This document shows positions 38,091 through 52,567 of a stretch of DNA of 64,000 nt, in pieces (positions within the stretch are counted from its first letter, which is position 1; each line of letters opens with the position of its first letter). The position numbers and the translations under genes were made by a program. Where the stretch lies: contig OX597815.1 in assembly GCA_951406725.2 (NCBI GenBank), positions 66,898,001 to 66,962,000 on the forward strand. Reading direction: 5' to 3'. Under the pieces are notes generated by a model, which saw only the letters and a list, made by a program, of their open reading frames with translations, was not told the DNA's origin and made no database searches. Source of the stretch: Octopus vulgaris (taxonomy: Eukaryota).

Positions 38091-41000
38091 CTAACTAGTT
38101 ATCCCTCATATTTATTTTTTTCTATAGTAAGTTCTTTGTTAAGCATAAGTGATTCTATTCTGACTTCTTTAGGGTGACTTGAAGACAGAAACGATCTCTA
38201 TAATGGGTGTTCTAGGTATGACAAAAAAAAACATGCAAACAAATACATAATTAAAACCCCAGGGCATTCTGTAGCCCACTGATGTGCAATCTGAACTAGT
38301 TAGCTGTATACCACCTTCACTCAATAATCTATCTTTTCTCATTCTAACTATTTTACCAGTTATGCCTTCCAATCTTTCCATTATAAGATACCAACACTCT
38401 GGAATTTCTCACCTGTCAATATATATTTCCTGCTGATGTTCAAGATAAACATTAACTGTAATGATTTCACAAATCTAAGGAGGCAACATCTACCAAAATG
38501 ATGAGCATATCAAAACATATTTGGTCGTTGTAGAAGACTTTGAAATCAAAAGACATACTAAAATATTACAAAGTTGGCAAAAAGATTCAAAATATTAAAT
38601 TGACCTTTGGAAACCTCATAATTGTTTTAACATCCATTGCCTTACTAGCAGGAGTTAGTTGGATCTGAAATATTTTATTTCTCCATGTATGCTAAGCTTG
38701 AAGCCTTCCTGGATCTTTGAGGTGCACTAATCCTCAAGGCTAAATACCATACTTATTTGTGTATAATAAATGCATCCCTACAGATTTTTAAGCCTAGAAT
38801 TCTAGGGTTTGCATTTATACACAAGAACTAAATGCAACCGCCTATCTTATTTCTTTAAGGACAATTTACACAAAAGTATATACAAAACACTGGATAGAGT
38901 AGTTTAAAATGCGTTTCTTTTTCCACCCTCTGAGAATTTTAATTGGAAGTAGGTTAACAAGGTAGAACTTAACAATTACTTTTAAATGCCCTCACCTGTT
39001 TCTAAGTAAGGAAATGGACATCACTTGTATGACAGTGATGTTCATTCACAACAACCCTCTTGCAATGTCAAGATAAGGGTACACAGAAACACACACACAC
39101 TTCTTTCAGTTTCTATCTACCAAATCTACTCATGAGGCTTTGGTTAAGGCCTGGAGCTACAGTAGAAGACATCTGTCCAAGAGACTCTTTAGTGGGAGCT
39201 TGAGACCACATGGCTGGGAAGCAAGCTTCTCAACCACACAGCCATGCCTGCATCATCTATGTTATTTAAATTTAAAGCATCTTCTGTTAGTAATTAAGAG
39301 TTCAAGTAGATAAATCACATTACCAAAGGTCTGAATGGTAATGAAATTTAATGGCAGCAGAGAAATGTTAGCAGCTTAAATATGTGTCATATAATGGCAA
39401 TATTGCATAGGAAAGATAATTGATGGCAGAGACATCACAAGTAATAATTTATCTTTTTTGTTGGTAATTTAGAATTAAGGTCAGTGATAATTCAAGTAAA
39501 TAAAAGAATTCCAAGAAAGCAACTTGTCACTGCATCAGTTAGCTAATACTGCTAAAACTGGTGCAGGAAATTAATTAATTAATGAAGGACATCACAAATA
39601 TCAATACAAAGTGACTAGCTGGTTACATTGAGAGAGTGGTTATTACATTTGCTGAAGGAAGTTTATGGCAAGGAATGTTTTGCAGTTAAGTGATTGGTCT
39701 GAGGTTGTCCATCTTGCAGTGAAAGACTAGTGCCATCAATTTATGCAAATTTTTTAATGTCTACAACTACTAGTTCATGCTAGCATCAATAATAATTATC
39801 TTTCTGATAAACTAACCCTTGCTTTTCCATTACGACAGGGGCAGAATAAATTTACAAGAGAGCATCTTACCAAGGGTCTTAATTTGTAGCATCTGTATAA
39901 GGTCTGCCCTAATTACTTCCTTGAACTAACTTCACAACAATTTCAATATTTTTCTTTCAGAAAAATAGGCTATCCAAACCCACACTTACTGGCATTTTCT
40001 CAACTGATTCCCAATGCTCATCTCATGCATTATATATAGTCTTTCCTCCCCTTACTAACTGTACATATGATTGTCATATAGATCACATTTTTGATGGTGG
40101 ATCTCTGTCATTCAATGAGGATTCAGTTTTTGATTAAATGAATTAATGTGCTCCTGAAGTAATATGCAAATGAGTGAACAAGTATAGCCTTAATGTAACT
40201 GTCAGGTAGAATCAACATGATACAGTACATGACAAGACTGTGCCACATAGAATTCTACTAATCTTGTACCTTGAGGGTCCATTCACATATCAACATTACC
40301 ATTTTCTCTCTCTTTCTCCAGCGCCATGCCCATTACTCTCACCTTCTCTTCTATAATATGAGTAGTCATATTGCTCCTCTACAGTAAGAAACCTATTCTG
40401 TTCCAGCCTCTTAACTCCTTGCATAAAATTGCTTTCCTCTCTCCAGTAGTCTCACCCAGTCAAGGGGGATTGTAATCTTGCAAGCTGGTACCATGAAAAA
40501 GTACCTCACACACTGTGCAGTTCTTAGAGGCATCAGATCCTGTCAGACCATATATCCAATAACTGCATGGAACATGGGCATTTAAAGATGATGATGTACA
40601 ATCTGCCCAATGAGCTTCTATACAATTTACATCAACCCAACTTCACTCACAAAGTCTGGGTTAACTTGTGGCTATAGAAAATGACATTTGCCCAAGATGC
40701 CATGCAGTGGGATTGTACCCAGAACCACATAGTTGTGATGCCAACCATTTTAAACATTTAACCATACTCTGTCTATCATGTTAAAAGTAGTGTAAAGCCC
40801 ATTTTTTTTTATATCACAAAGGATTCCCTTTGTTGACAAGAAAATCAAAAGCAGTAATTTCCCAAAATGCTTTAGTGTTTTGAACCCAATATTCTGTGCT
40901 ATTTTTAGCTTTAGCTTTGGTCATTAGACTGTGACCATGCTGAGGCACCAACTAGAAAGGTTTTAGTCAAATAAATCAACCCCGTACTTATGTCTTTTTA

Positions 41001-43791
41001 AAAGTGTGGTAATTATTCTATTGGCTTCTTTCCCAAAACCACTAAGTTATAAGCAAACAAACAAACCACAAACACACACACAAGCCTCCATACATTTTCT
41101 GTCCCTCTATATGCAAGGCATTGGTTTTCCCAGGTCTATAGTAAAAGACATGCACAAGTTGCTATGCAGTAGAACTGAACCCCAAACTATGTGCTTCTTA
41201 ACTACACAACCATATAAACATATTCTGTATTTTAACTATATATTTAAACAAGGAAGTAAGGAAACAAAAATTTTTAAACTATTTTATCTGATGTCAAGAT
41301 AGTTGGAAATCTGAAATAATTTTTCAAATAGGGAGAAAAAAAAAAACTGTCAAGATCAACATAAAAAGAAAAATACCTCTAAATGCCAACTATTTATTTT
41401 ATCTTAATTGCTAGTTGAGTTTCTGACAGTTATACAGATAATTAGTGAGTATTATGAAAATAGCCTGATCTCTTATCATTGACAGCCAATCTAAATGTAC
41501 ATGAAATATAAATTCTTACAGCTTCTTAAACTACTTCTAAGATTAACATTTTAGAATTTGTAATTTAAGCATCAAACCAGTCTTTTGAACTTAACCCGTT
41601 TATTAAGACAAGTGAAAATAATAATCAATTTAGTTAAAATTACTTTGTCAATATTAAAAAGGTGTTTGGAATATAAATTAACATGAATGTTGAAAATTTT
41701 TAATTTAGATCACTTTAAAATAGGAAGTTTATATCAGGGAAAGTACATTAGTATCAAAAAAGTTAAACTTATATTCTCATTTTAATGAAGCTTTGTTAAA
41801 CACTGAATTTCAGGTTGGAGAATAAGGTTTAGTCCTCAAGCACATCTTGCTATAGTATAATATGGTATCTTAGAGAGCTGTAAAAAAAAATCACATTTCT
41901 ATAATAATCATACTATAACAGTCTTATTTCTTTAAGATTATCTTTGATCAATAACTTTTTGTAAATGTCAAGTGAATGCTCTTCCACTGGCAATCACTCA
42001 CCATAATCACTGTTATAATGTCCACTTTTTCTTGCTTACACAGGTCAGATAGAATTTGTTGATGCAAATTTTCTATGGGTGAATGCCCTTCCTATTGCTA
42101 ACTCTCAGCTGTTTTCAAATAAAGTAACATTTCCCATGATATTAAATGTTTTAATTAAAGATTGGAAATGAATGATACTGCTTGCATGTCTGAACAGCTA
42201 CCGCACATTGTCACAAGGAGAGACAAATAGTCTCTCTCACACACACACATTATTTCAGTTTTTATTTACCAAATCTATGGTTGGCCTGGGGTTCCAAGCA
42301 GCAAGACTGAACCTGAAACCACGTGGTTGTGAAGTAAATTCTTAAGCTTAACAGTCATACCTGCACCCATACAGCCATGTTCATGCTTTTTATTTTAAAT
42401 CTAAAGATGTAGCTAATACTTTTATTAAAGTAGTAGAGATTTAGATGTGAAATGCTCTTTCTACAATGAAGACATATGTGATATAAATATCAGACAAAAA
42501 TGCATCTGGTTTGTTTAAACAATTGAGAATGAATAATGAAATGAACATATCTAATAAGTGACTAGAAACTGGAAATATAAAACACTGGTGGTTAAGACTG
42601 ATGAACAAAAACTGAGAATGATTCTCGTTTTAAACTAGATATAAAATCTCACTCAAATGGAGATGGTATGGGCTACAACTTGAACTGTAAAGGAATGAAA
42701 GGCACTTAAACCTTAATAATATTTTAAATTAAAATCATGTAATCAATTAACTACTACAAAGCATCTATCAGGGGCCAACCGAAATAAATAATTCATGGAA
42801 GAGTAAACCAGTAAGTTTCTTTTAAAACCATCCTCTAAAACAGAAAGTAGATTAGAAGTGAAAAAAGACCAATTGTTCAATGATTGTTCACCAAGTCCAG
42901 CTGTTGCTACGTCACACTTCACCCGTTATTGTTGGTAAGTAGTATAGTGAGTGGTTTAGCTATCATCTATAATCAAATATTCAACACAGGGGAAACAGCT
43001 GCACTGACAGGAATTAGTTCTTGACAGATTGCACCACTAGAATGGTTTCTATGGCTACTAACAAGTTTCTCTGCCATAGTTTCCCTTGTAACAAGGAAAA
43101 CTATAGTAGTTATCCTAAGTTATTTCCTGCATTCTCTTCTAGAATCACCAACACAGTCATTATCATGGTATGTGAAAGCTCTTGTTTGCCTGAGTGAATT
43201 TGGGAAATGGAAACTGAAGAAGCTTGTTGCATGTGTATGTGTACTTGTGCCCCCCCCCCCCAGTAACCAGCATTGATTTGTTTAAATCCCCACAATTCAA
43301 ACAATGTATCCTGCTCATTAGAGCTAACTCTTGATTGAATGAGTTTCAGTCTCTTCAGTTCTGCACTGCTGAAGTCAGTTGTACCATGAACCTCTAAGAA
43401 ATGCTGCAGATTTTTGTAGCGGAAACTTAGGTGGAGCTGCTTTTGTATTTTCACATGTTAAATTGCCCCACATCTAGGTCTCTCTACCAGTGATTAGGAC
43501 AATAGTTTGTTATACACTATTCTTCATTCATGCTTAGGCAAATTCAATGATCTAACTGAAATCTGTAATAGTCTTTCAAAAGCAACAGCTTCCATATTTG
43601 CACTGATTTTATTGTCTGTTCAAAAGAAAGCCTGTTCCCCACACCTTCTTCTAAAAACAGACCTTCTGCACAACCTCTGTTTCTTCAGATTTCTTTATGA
43701 TTGGGTTATGTGACAGTAGGACTGTTTTGGCCTAGAACATGGCTTTTAACTTCATAGTTGATCTTACAAAGTCGTTTACAGTATTCTTTAA

Positions 43792-44766
43792 CCCTTTCAT
43801 TACTATATTTCTGACCAAAATACACCCCTCATGAGTTTCAATTAAATTCTAAAATAATCATGAATCTAGGCTTGTTTCATTAAATAACTAACTTTTTTTA
43901 CTTAACATATTAATGTGATACTTGGAACATAATTAAAGAAAGGGTTCTTAATTCTATTGCATAACTTTTGTCTCAAAGTGACTTTAATTACAGGTAAATT
44001 GAGCAAAAGGTAAAAATATTAAAATTTTGTTTAAACATCACCATAGAAAATGAATCATCAGCTAATATTCAAATGGGTATGCAACAAAATTTTGATAAAG
44101 AAGAATTGTGCACATCACTATATCATCAGTTGAATTTAATGCACAACAGGTGTACCATAAAGGTGGAATAAAGTGAAATACTGGAATCCATCACAAGTTT
44201 GACCGAACTAAAGAAATCGGTCAAAAAATAATATACGGCCCTGGTTATGGTATGGAAGTGATAAATTCCAGACCACATCGTTCCCTAGGCCATGCTGACT
44301 AACATTATTTTCCCTGTATAAAAACTAAATCCACACAGTACCCAGTATTTGCTTCACAAATTTTCCGAAATTTGATCCCCCATTTTGTTTGTTTCCGCAT
44401 CGATCGCTTTAAACAATAACTTCCAGACCACATCATACACTAAGCCATGCTGACTAACATTAGTTTCACTGTATAAAAACTAAATCCACAACAGTACCCA
44501 GTATTTGCTTCACAAATTTTCCAATTTGGAATCAATGCTTGATAACATGAAACTCCTATCCATTTTCAAAGTTGAAGAAAAATCGATGCCGAAAAAAATC
44601 TCCCAAAATTCAGGGAATTAAAATTACGTCGATTGTTGTACAAAACTATAGATGAACTGTTTACGAAGTATAATCACGTGTTTTCACGAATGTACTAAAG
44701 AGATTTGCTCTGATATTCTCATTTAAATATGAATAGGTAAATACGGGCGGCTTGGTAACGAAAGGG
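43792..44766 (+). mobile_element. piggyBac-type non-autonomous element
   Basis: TTAA at 43788-43791 and 44767-44770; TIRs CCCTTTCATTAC / GTAACGAAAGGG; internal duplication of about 100 bp (44268-44366, 44422-44522). Confidence 0.85.
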
Positions 44767-45585
44767 TTAAATCTTTGTGGGAGTAGGTCGTTAATACACT
44801 GTCATTGATGTAAAGGAACTATCTTTTCATTCTTGTTCCATTTACCCACCCATCCTAGAGCTTTTATTTCCTCAGCTATGAAGCCCTGAGTGAATGAGCT
44901 CATCATAGTGGAACTCTTTAATTTTATGGAGTATGATACAACTCCACTAATGTTGGTGCCACTATAAAATTCTCAGAGCACTAAGTGAATAGAAGTGATT
45001 ATTCAAAAGTGTAGATTGAAAGTATATTGTGCTACAATGAAATGCACACAATACAATCTGTAAAGTGGTTGATGTTCGAAAGGTTTCTACCCATACAAAC
45101 CATGCCAAAATGATTTCCTCGCCCATCCAGGAAAGCAACTCCAAACAAGAGCTTTCACATACCATGATAATGATTGTGTTGGTGATTCTAGAAGAGAATG
45201 CAGAACATAGCTTAGGATAACTACTATGGTAGTTATACATTTAATGTATTATAATGATATTTATTGGAAATTATGACTGGTCAAGTCAGTGGTGTTCTGG
45301 ACAGCAAGAACTGAAAGATCAATTGTGTCCCATCACTGCTATTGTAGTGTCTAGGCTGAAAGTCTGAACTCATAATGGGCCAGTCCAAGTAATATCCCTA
45401 GTTTTCTGTGGGGTATAAGACATGCATATGGGTCAGGGGTACAAACCAGCCCCAGTGCCGAATTTTGTTTCTCCTATAATGAGGAAATATTTTAACTTTT
45501 AGGAATGGGAAGAAAACATATAGAAGCAGACATATTTAAAGGGCCAATTTGAAGAAAGAGTAATAAAATTATTTTTAAAGGAAAA

Positions 45586-45972
45586 TCTTTATATATAAAA
45601 GAGAAGTTGTGTGCTGTCTGTCTCCTACGATTTAGATTCCTAACTACTCCCACATTTTGCGGTGCAGTTTAACCAAAACCGGGTATCTTATAGTCGTGAT
45701 TCATATCGAGCTCTTCTGGGTATTAGCGCGCGTCTACGATGAGTCTACGATTTAAAAAAAAATTTACCATCAATTTTTCCCATTTTTAATGCATTTTTGG
45801 CGTATATAAGGGAAGTAACTCTCTGAAGATTTATTATTAAATCTCAGAACGTAAAAAGCTACAGTAACCCCCACCCCTTTGTGGTTAGCCATATTGAGAT
45901 GGCTATTATACTTTACATCTCTAAAAATGCTTATATAGTTATTTCCCTTACAAACCCAAGCGATACTGCTAG
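45586..45972 (+). mobile_element. non-autonomous Helitron
   Basis: starts TC(TTTATATATAAAA) after A, ends CTAG before T, no TSD; CpG-retaining interior. Confidence 0.7.
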
Positions 45973-48659
45973 TTATCTTATAAAAAAAAAAAGAAAGATT
46001 AGGATTATTGACACAATGTTATTGCTATTATCAAAGTTAAACATTATTATTGTAGGTCATAAATAGAAAGGCATTATTAATAAAGTTATTTAGACCCAGG
46101 TTAGTTCTGATCAAGCTGACCCATGATCAAAGATATTTCAGCTCTGGCCATTCTCCCACCTTCAGACATTCTATACACAAGTGAAGATATGTGGCCTAAT
46201 GGTTACAGTGTTACACTCACAATCGCATGGTTGTGGTTTTGATTCCTAGACTGGGCAGTGTATTGTGTTCTTGAGCAAAACACTTCATTTCACATTGCTT
46301 TAGTCCACTTAGCCGTAAATGAGAAATCTTGTGACAAACTAGAATCCCATTCAGGTGGAATGTTCTGATCTCAGTCATTTTTATGCTATGGAAGCCAGCC
46401 ATCTATTATGTATATTTTAATTTTGTTTTGATACTACATGATAGTTGTAAATAAGTGTCACTATCATACAAGCAGTGTCTTTCTAATATTCTTTGAAAAC
46501 ATGTGAATAACTACCTTACTTGGAAAGCAGTGAGGGTTGGTGGCAGGAAGGACATTCAACCATAGAAACCTGCCTTAATAAACTGACCAACATAGAAAAG
46601 TGGATGTTACAATGATGTGTAAATGAACAGTGTTTAGTTTTAATCAATTCTTTTTATATTACCAAAATGTTTCTTGATTGCTCATGCACCCACCACTTTG
46701 CCAAGGAGTCTTAACTTGTAAGTTACTTAATGACCTCACTAGTGCTGATGCCATGAAAAGCACTCAGTACATTTTGTAAAATGGTTGGCATTAGGAAAGG
46801 CATCCAGCTGCAGAAACCATACTAAAAATAGACAATTAGAGCTCAATGCAGTCCTCTGGTCCATTGAATCCTGCTGAACAATTCAACCTATGTCAGCATA
46901 GAATGCAGATATTAAAATCATGATAATAATATGGCTCAATACTTTTGTATGCTAATCAAATGTTTATACTTTATCCTAAATTCTGAAAATTGTTAGCTAA
47001 AAAGATAGTTTAATCTAATTTCAGCTTATCTCTAAGCTTAATACTGCATATATAGTAAATCATTTAAATTACTGTTGTCCAACTTTGGTGCCATAACTAT
47101 TGAACACATTCACATTTTCAAATATAAACATACAACCATCCTATTCTTTTTGCCAAGTGAAATTAAGTCAGTTTTCCAAACTTAACCCTTCGTACTTATA
47201 CCAACATTATGACAAATAGTATATGTTGGGTATTTTTAGATGTGGTGGAGCCCATCCCTTTCTAGGTCTGATCACAACCAAGTTTGTCTAGAAAAAAGTA
47301 ATTGATAGCAGAATAGGACTGGTACTTTTATCAAGCCCAAAAGAAAGAAAGGCAAAGTTGACTCAGGCACGATTTGAACTTAGACTACTAGAACAAATGC
47401 GGTGAGGTAATCTATCATTTTGCCTTAATAATGTTATGCTAAAACTGATTACATTAACCAAATGACAGGCCTTGTTTTTCTATTTTAACTGAAATGTGAA
47501 AATTCAATTGACTTTAGTAGCAGTGTACTTAGTTCAATTAAATCACAATTTATAGGTGTGGCTGTGTGGGTAAAATGTTTGCTTCACAACTATATAGTTT
47601 TAGGTTCAATTCTATTGTGTAGTACTTTAAACAAGTGTCTTCTGTCTTGGGGACAATTAAAGTCTTGCAAGTGAATTTGGTAGACAGAAACTGAAAAGAC
47701 CATTGTATGAATATATGTGCAGGTTTGTCACTGTCATGACAGAGCGATTGTTGTAGACAAGTGTCACCATCATACAGGTGGTGTTATTCATTTCCAATAT
47801 TCTATTTAAAAATACCTGTCCATGGTGAAATATCTACTTTGCTTGGAAACAAAGAAGGGTTGGTGACAAGGGTAACAGGCAATAGAAAACTGCTTCAATA
47901 TACTATTTGATCTATGCAGGTATGGGAAGTGGACATTAGAATGATGATGTCACCTTAAACTGTTACTGAAAAATTTATACCCCATAGCAGTTTTATCAAA
48001 AAATCAGTAACTCTAGCATCTAAATACTTTGAAATTGTTGACCTGTAGAAATTACCATCACCAATAATTTTCAGACACTTTCTAAATGCATACATTTACT
48101 TTATCTTCATTGATTGTGAAAATTATATGTAAAGGACTGAATGAGATTCAAATGTGAATTAATTTGAAGAGAGTTTCTTCACTCCATTTCATTCAAGAAT
48201 GAAAAACCTATCCATAGCTTATCAAGACATATTTAGAGTGGCAGATAAGATCAGTCAGTGTGTTGGCTATGGGCTTTTACAGATGGAGATTAAAATATTG
48301 CAGAGATGGAGTTGTTAAATCTCTACAATAGTTGTTGAAGAATCTCTCTTTACTGCAGTGTTTCACAAAGACAAAAAAGTTTACTCAGTCTTTACAGCAC
48401 TGTCATTATAATTATCTCAATTTTTTTTCATGGTGTAAAATGATCGTCTTTTCAATCTAGTATCTTTGTATTTACTGCAATCAAGTGACTTCATATGTAA
48501 ATGAGAACAAACTATAGATAATTTGAGCAAACTACCAAGATCCAAGACAAGGTATGTAGAACAGTTAGGAACAACAATTATACAGTTTTTAACTTAATTG
48601 GAAAATAATTAGGTCTTGAGAGATACGACTTCTTGAAGAAAAAAAAATTATATATATGT

Positions 48660-48990
48660 ATGTAGCTGTGTGGTAAGTAGCTTCTTACCAACCACATGGT
48701 TCCAGGTTCAGTCCCACTATGTGGCACTTTGGCTTTGTGTCTTCCACTATAGCCTCAGGCCGACCAAAGCCTTGTGAGTGGATTTGGTAGGCAGAAACTG
48801 AAAGAAGCCAGTCATGTGTCCACTATTGCTTGTCAACTGACACTGTTGTTTCTACGTCCCTGTAACTTACTGGTTCAGCAAAAGAGACCAATAGAATAAG
48901 TACTAGGCTGACAAAGAATAAGTCCTGGGATCGATTTGCTCAACTAAAAGTGGTGCTCCAGCATGGCCACAGTGAAATGACTGAAACGAT
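48660..48990 (+). mobile_element. tRNA-derived SINE, dominant family
   Basis: colinear with 8656-9057 and 23495-23850. Confidence 0.8.
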
Positions 48991-51900
48991 AATATATATA
49001 TAAAAACCACAGAAGTTCTGATGACAATTTTATAGGGAAATTCTCTTCATAGATGTTCACCAAAAGGAAGTTCAAAAATTTGTTAGGGATGTGTGTGAAA
49101 GAGGTTTAAAACATGAAACTTAAAATCGTATTTGAATATGACACCATGAGGATTAAAAACTTTGAGATGGAAAAAGAATTATTTCAAAGAAACATTACTT
49201 GATGTTTCAATTGCTTGATATTATGTGCAGTTCATATTTCTAGTAGCAACAGTATATTAATCAGGTTCTAAAGGCCACCACACACAGGAGAGGGATAACT
49301 AGAAATATAACAGGTTTGCTTTGCAGACACATGGTTCAGAGTTTGATTCTGCCATGCAGCACCTTGGGCTAATGTCTTCTACTCTAGCCTCTAGTTGACC
49401 AATATCTTGTTCAGTGGAATTAGGGAGATGGAAACAGTGCAGAAGACTGTCATGTATATTATATAGCATTTGTCTTTTTTAATGTCTGCTCTTCATGCAG
49501 GAACAAAGACTGTCTGATGAGTTGGGGGATGTATCTTGCTGCAATGCTTGATTCGGCATGATATCTCCAACTGGATACCCTGCCTAGCCTCCTAAAGAGT
49601 ACACAGCATGGCTTTACAGTGTACTGGGTAGTAGCTTGAGTGATGTCACCTTGCATGACTAAAGAGGCCTCTATAATGGAGAGTAGCAGAAAGAGAGAGT
49701 GTAATGATTTTAGGTGAAGACATGAGAGCAGGTAAAGCATGAGCAAAACAGACCCCTGTGTGTGCGTGTGTGTAGACAAGCATCTGGTCTCAAGAGGCCA
49801 TGGATCGGTGCCTGGAGAATTTGTGTCAGACTTGTATGCAGTGACTGTATTTGAAGTTCTCCGCTGGTACTACTGACTTTTCCTTTCTTCGAGTGTACTT
49901 TTCCAGTTTTTCTTCCCCTCACTCTATCCCCTTGCATATCTCCAGCATGTTTGTATGTGTGTGTTGTTCTCCCATTTGTGTTAACCAGTGTAAACCTAGT
50001 ATTATGTCAAAATGAACAACTTAGCAATTCAATAGAATAAGTACCAGATTGAAATTTAGTACTGGCAACGATATTACTGACTAAAACCATTGAAGGCACT
50101 GCACCAGAATGGCTTTGGCACAATGGCTAGAACCAAAAGAAAATTCAAGACTTCACTATTCCATTGAGCATGCTATTGATTACTTAGAGTTAATAGACAT
50201 TCGTAGAATTACCATATTTCAAAATACGTTTAAGTTTCTAACTGCTTTAAATAGTTTACAAAGCTCAATTTTTGTTTCAATTAATGTTGGAATATTTTGA
50301 ATGTCTCCAAAGCAATATCAACTGTTTGAATGGTTAACTTCCCTCAACAAGCAATAACTGACCCACTTCAAATATTATTACAACAGTTTATTGAATACAA
50401 ATTACAACAGGACTCACTCTTTCCTCCAACTGAGGTTTGTTATAAGATATTGCTGTTGAGTAAACTTATTACTCTTTTCTCTACAAAATTGGTCTAAGAC
50501 GCCACAATGATTTATTGAGGATAAATGGTGTAATATCTTGGCACAATAATTTCTTTCTAAATATTCAATATAGGCTGATTTATGAAAAAGACAGAAGCTA
50601 TGTTGTTACTTGCTTAAGGTTAACACAGTCTAGCGAAATGGGGGTGGGTGGCAGATAGTAGAGTGAGAGACATTTAATGAATTAAAGTTTTGTAAGGATT
50701 ACAGTAACTTTTCCTGCTTAATCTTTCAGGGTATCAAAAGTGTGAAATCTCTCAACAGCTGAAAGAAACCAGTTAAATACGAACCATTGGAACTTTGAGA
50801 GGTTGGCAGCTATGTGATTTGAAGGTTTGACTGCTAATTCCTGCGACTTATGCAGAGAGGGTGTCTGTATCTCGTTAACTCAAAAGCAATAAAGGATTGT
50901 GTTTCAAATAGTTCAAAGCCAGACATTTGAGTAGTTGACAACCCCAGACGAGACCACAACACAGGTACATAGATATATCCAATATCCACTTGTAATACAA
51001 AAGAAAAATTGCATTTTATCTTTTGATTAACCCTTTAGATAAAGTTCTATTGAAATTAATTTTTTTAATACGATTCTTTAGAAAGAATTGTTTTCTTGTA
51101 AGTCCGACAACAGTAATTACTTCCAAATTGTTTTGAAAGAGAGGTGGAGAGAAACGTGTTGTTTGAAGAATTCACCAGGACCCCAATACATCATGCCAGC
51201 ACCAACTTTCAGGATGGCAGCCTAGTATTGTAACCATTCCATAGTTCCTTAAAACCAAATGTACACAGGTATATCTATACATACACTATGTACTTAGCAA
51301 TTCTTCATATTATCTTCTATTTAGAGTGAAAGCAATTTGGCTACCTCTAGTATTATGAAGGAAACAAAAGTAAACTTTTTCTTTTATATGGTTAACCTGT
51401 AATGCACTGTAGGATACAAGATAAAATATCACTTATTATTCGCTTCATATTTGAAGTTTCTACAACTTCACTAAGGTTTCATTCATTGATAAATACAATA
51501 ACATTTTTTACTAAACACCTTAAGAGAAGTTTTTTTCTAGATCGCAATGTATAACAAATAAATAGTAATATAACGTTACATTAATTACACCTGATATATA
51601 AACTTTTTAAGACTTTAGTTAAACAAAACATGAGTAACAACGATAATAATATGAATAATTCTTGTGTATTTCCTGAAGATGTTGAGATGGAACGATCGTT
51701 GTTTAGGTGACAATGGCAGATACTGAAAAGTCCAAACATTGAAGCCGGGGAATGAAGTTATAAAGTTTTTTCCAATTGAAGATTAATTGAAAAGGAAAGA
51801 TTTTTATAAAGAGATTCTAAAATTATTGCGATGAGAGGGTGGAAATGATAACACAGGATACTGTAAAATAAAATCTGCGTCAAAACCAAATGACGTTTGA

Positions 51901-52249
51901 TGATCGATAGAAATCGATAGCTCACTCAACCAAAAAAGAAACTTTCATAAACTAATCATTCAATGACATCTAGTAAGAAATGGCATGGTGAGACATTGGT
52001 TAATTTGCAAAAATTTCGTGAAAGTGTATTTTAATTCAAAGAGTTTCACTTTGTAATGTGCTTCGTTGTTTTAGCTGTAACGAAATAAGATAAGATTGTT
52101 TGTATGACGAAAGATCTATTATAAACATTGGCTGAAAAAACCGGATACGAATGGAGTTATACTTACAAGAGAAAACTCATTGTTCATCCAGAAAGAAGCA
52201 TACAGAGTGAAAAAATAAGATCTTTCCAATTAAAAAATGGTCAGTTTAA

Positions 52250-52560
52250 TTAAAGCCCGATGTAGATGTCTACGATAATAGCCGATGACAAAGACTATTC
52301 CATGAAACGCGGTAACAGGCAATATGGCTACGTTCTACTAACAGAAGCATTAAAAAAAAAAACAACTTTTTAAAAAAAATTGAATAAGTTTATTTGATCA
52401 TAGAAATAATTTTCTATCAATAAAAATAATTAATTTTTAAGGAATTAAAAATGTTATTAATATAAATGTATAAAAAAAATTTCTGACTTGAGAGTATTTC
52501 CCATGAGCCTTTAGTATATAACGAAACGAACATTTCTCTCCGCCATCTTTAGCAGGTCAA
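52250..52560. promoter_or_regulatory. hnRNP F/H promoter, probably bidirectional
   Basis: locally CpG-enriched; Staf/ZNF143-like TTCCCATGAGCC (52498-52509), TATA-like TATATAA (52515-52521), YY1-like CCGCCATCTT (52540-52549) on +, GCCATATT on - (52321-52328). Confidence 0.55.
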
Positions 52561-52567
52561 CTAGAAG
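52535..52567 (+). other. HNRNPH1: non-coding first exon of the hnRNP F/H gene (start approximate)
   Basis: consensus donor AAG|GTAAGT at 52567/52568 directly after the promoter motifs; next acceptor TTTCTAG|G at 53963/53964. Confidence 0.6.
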
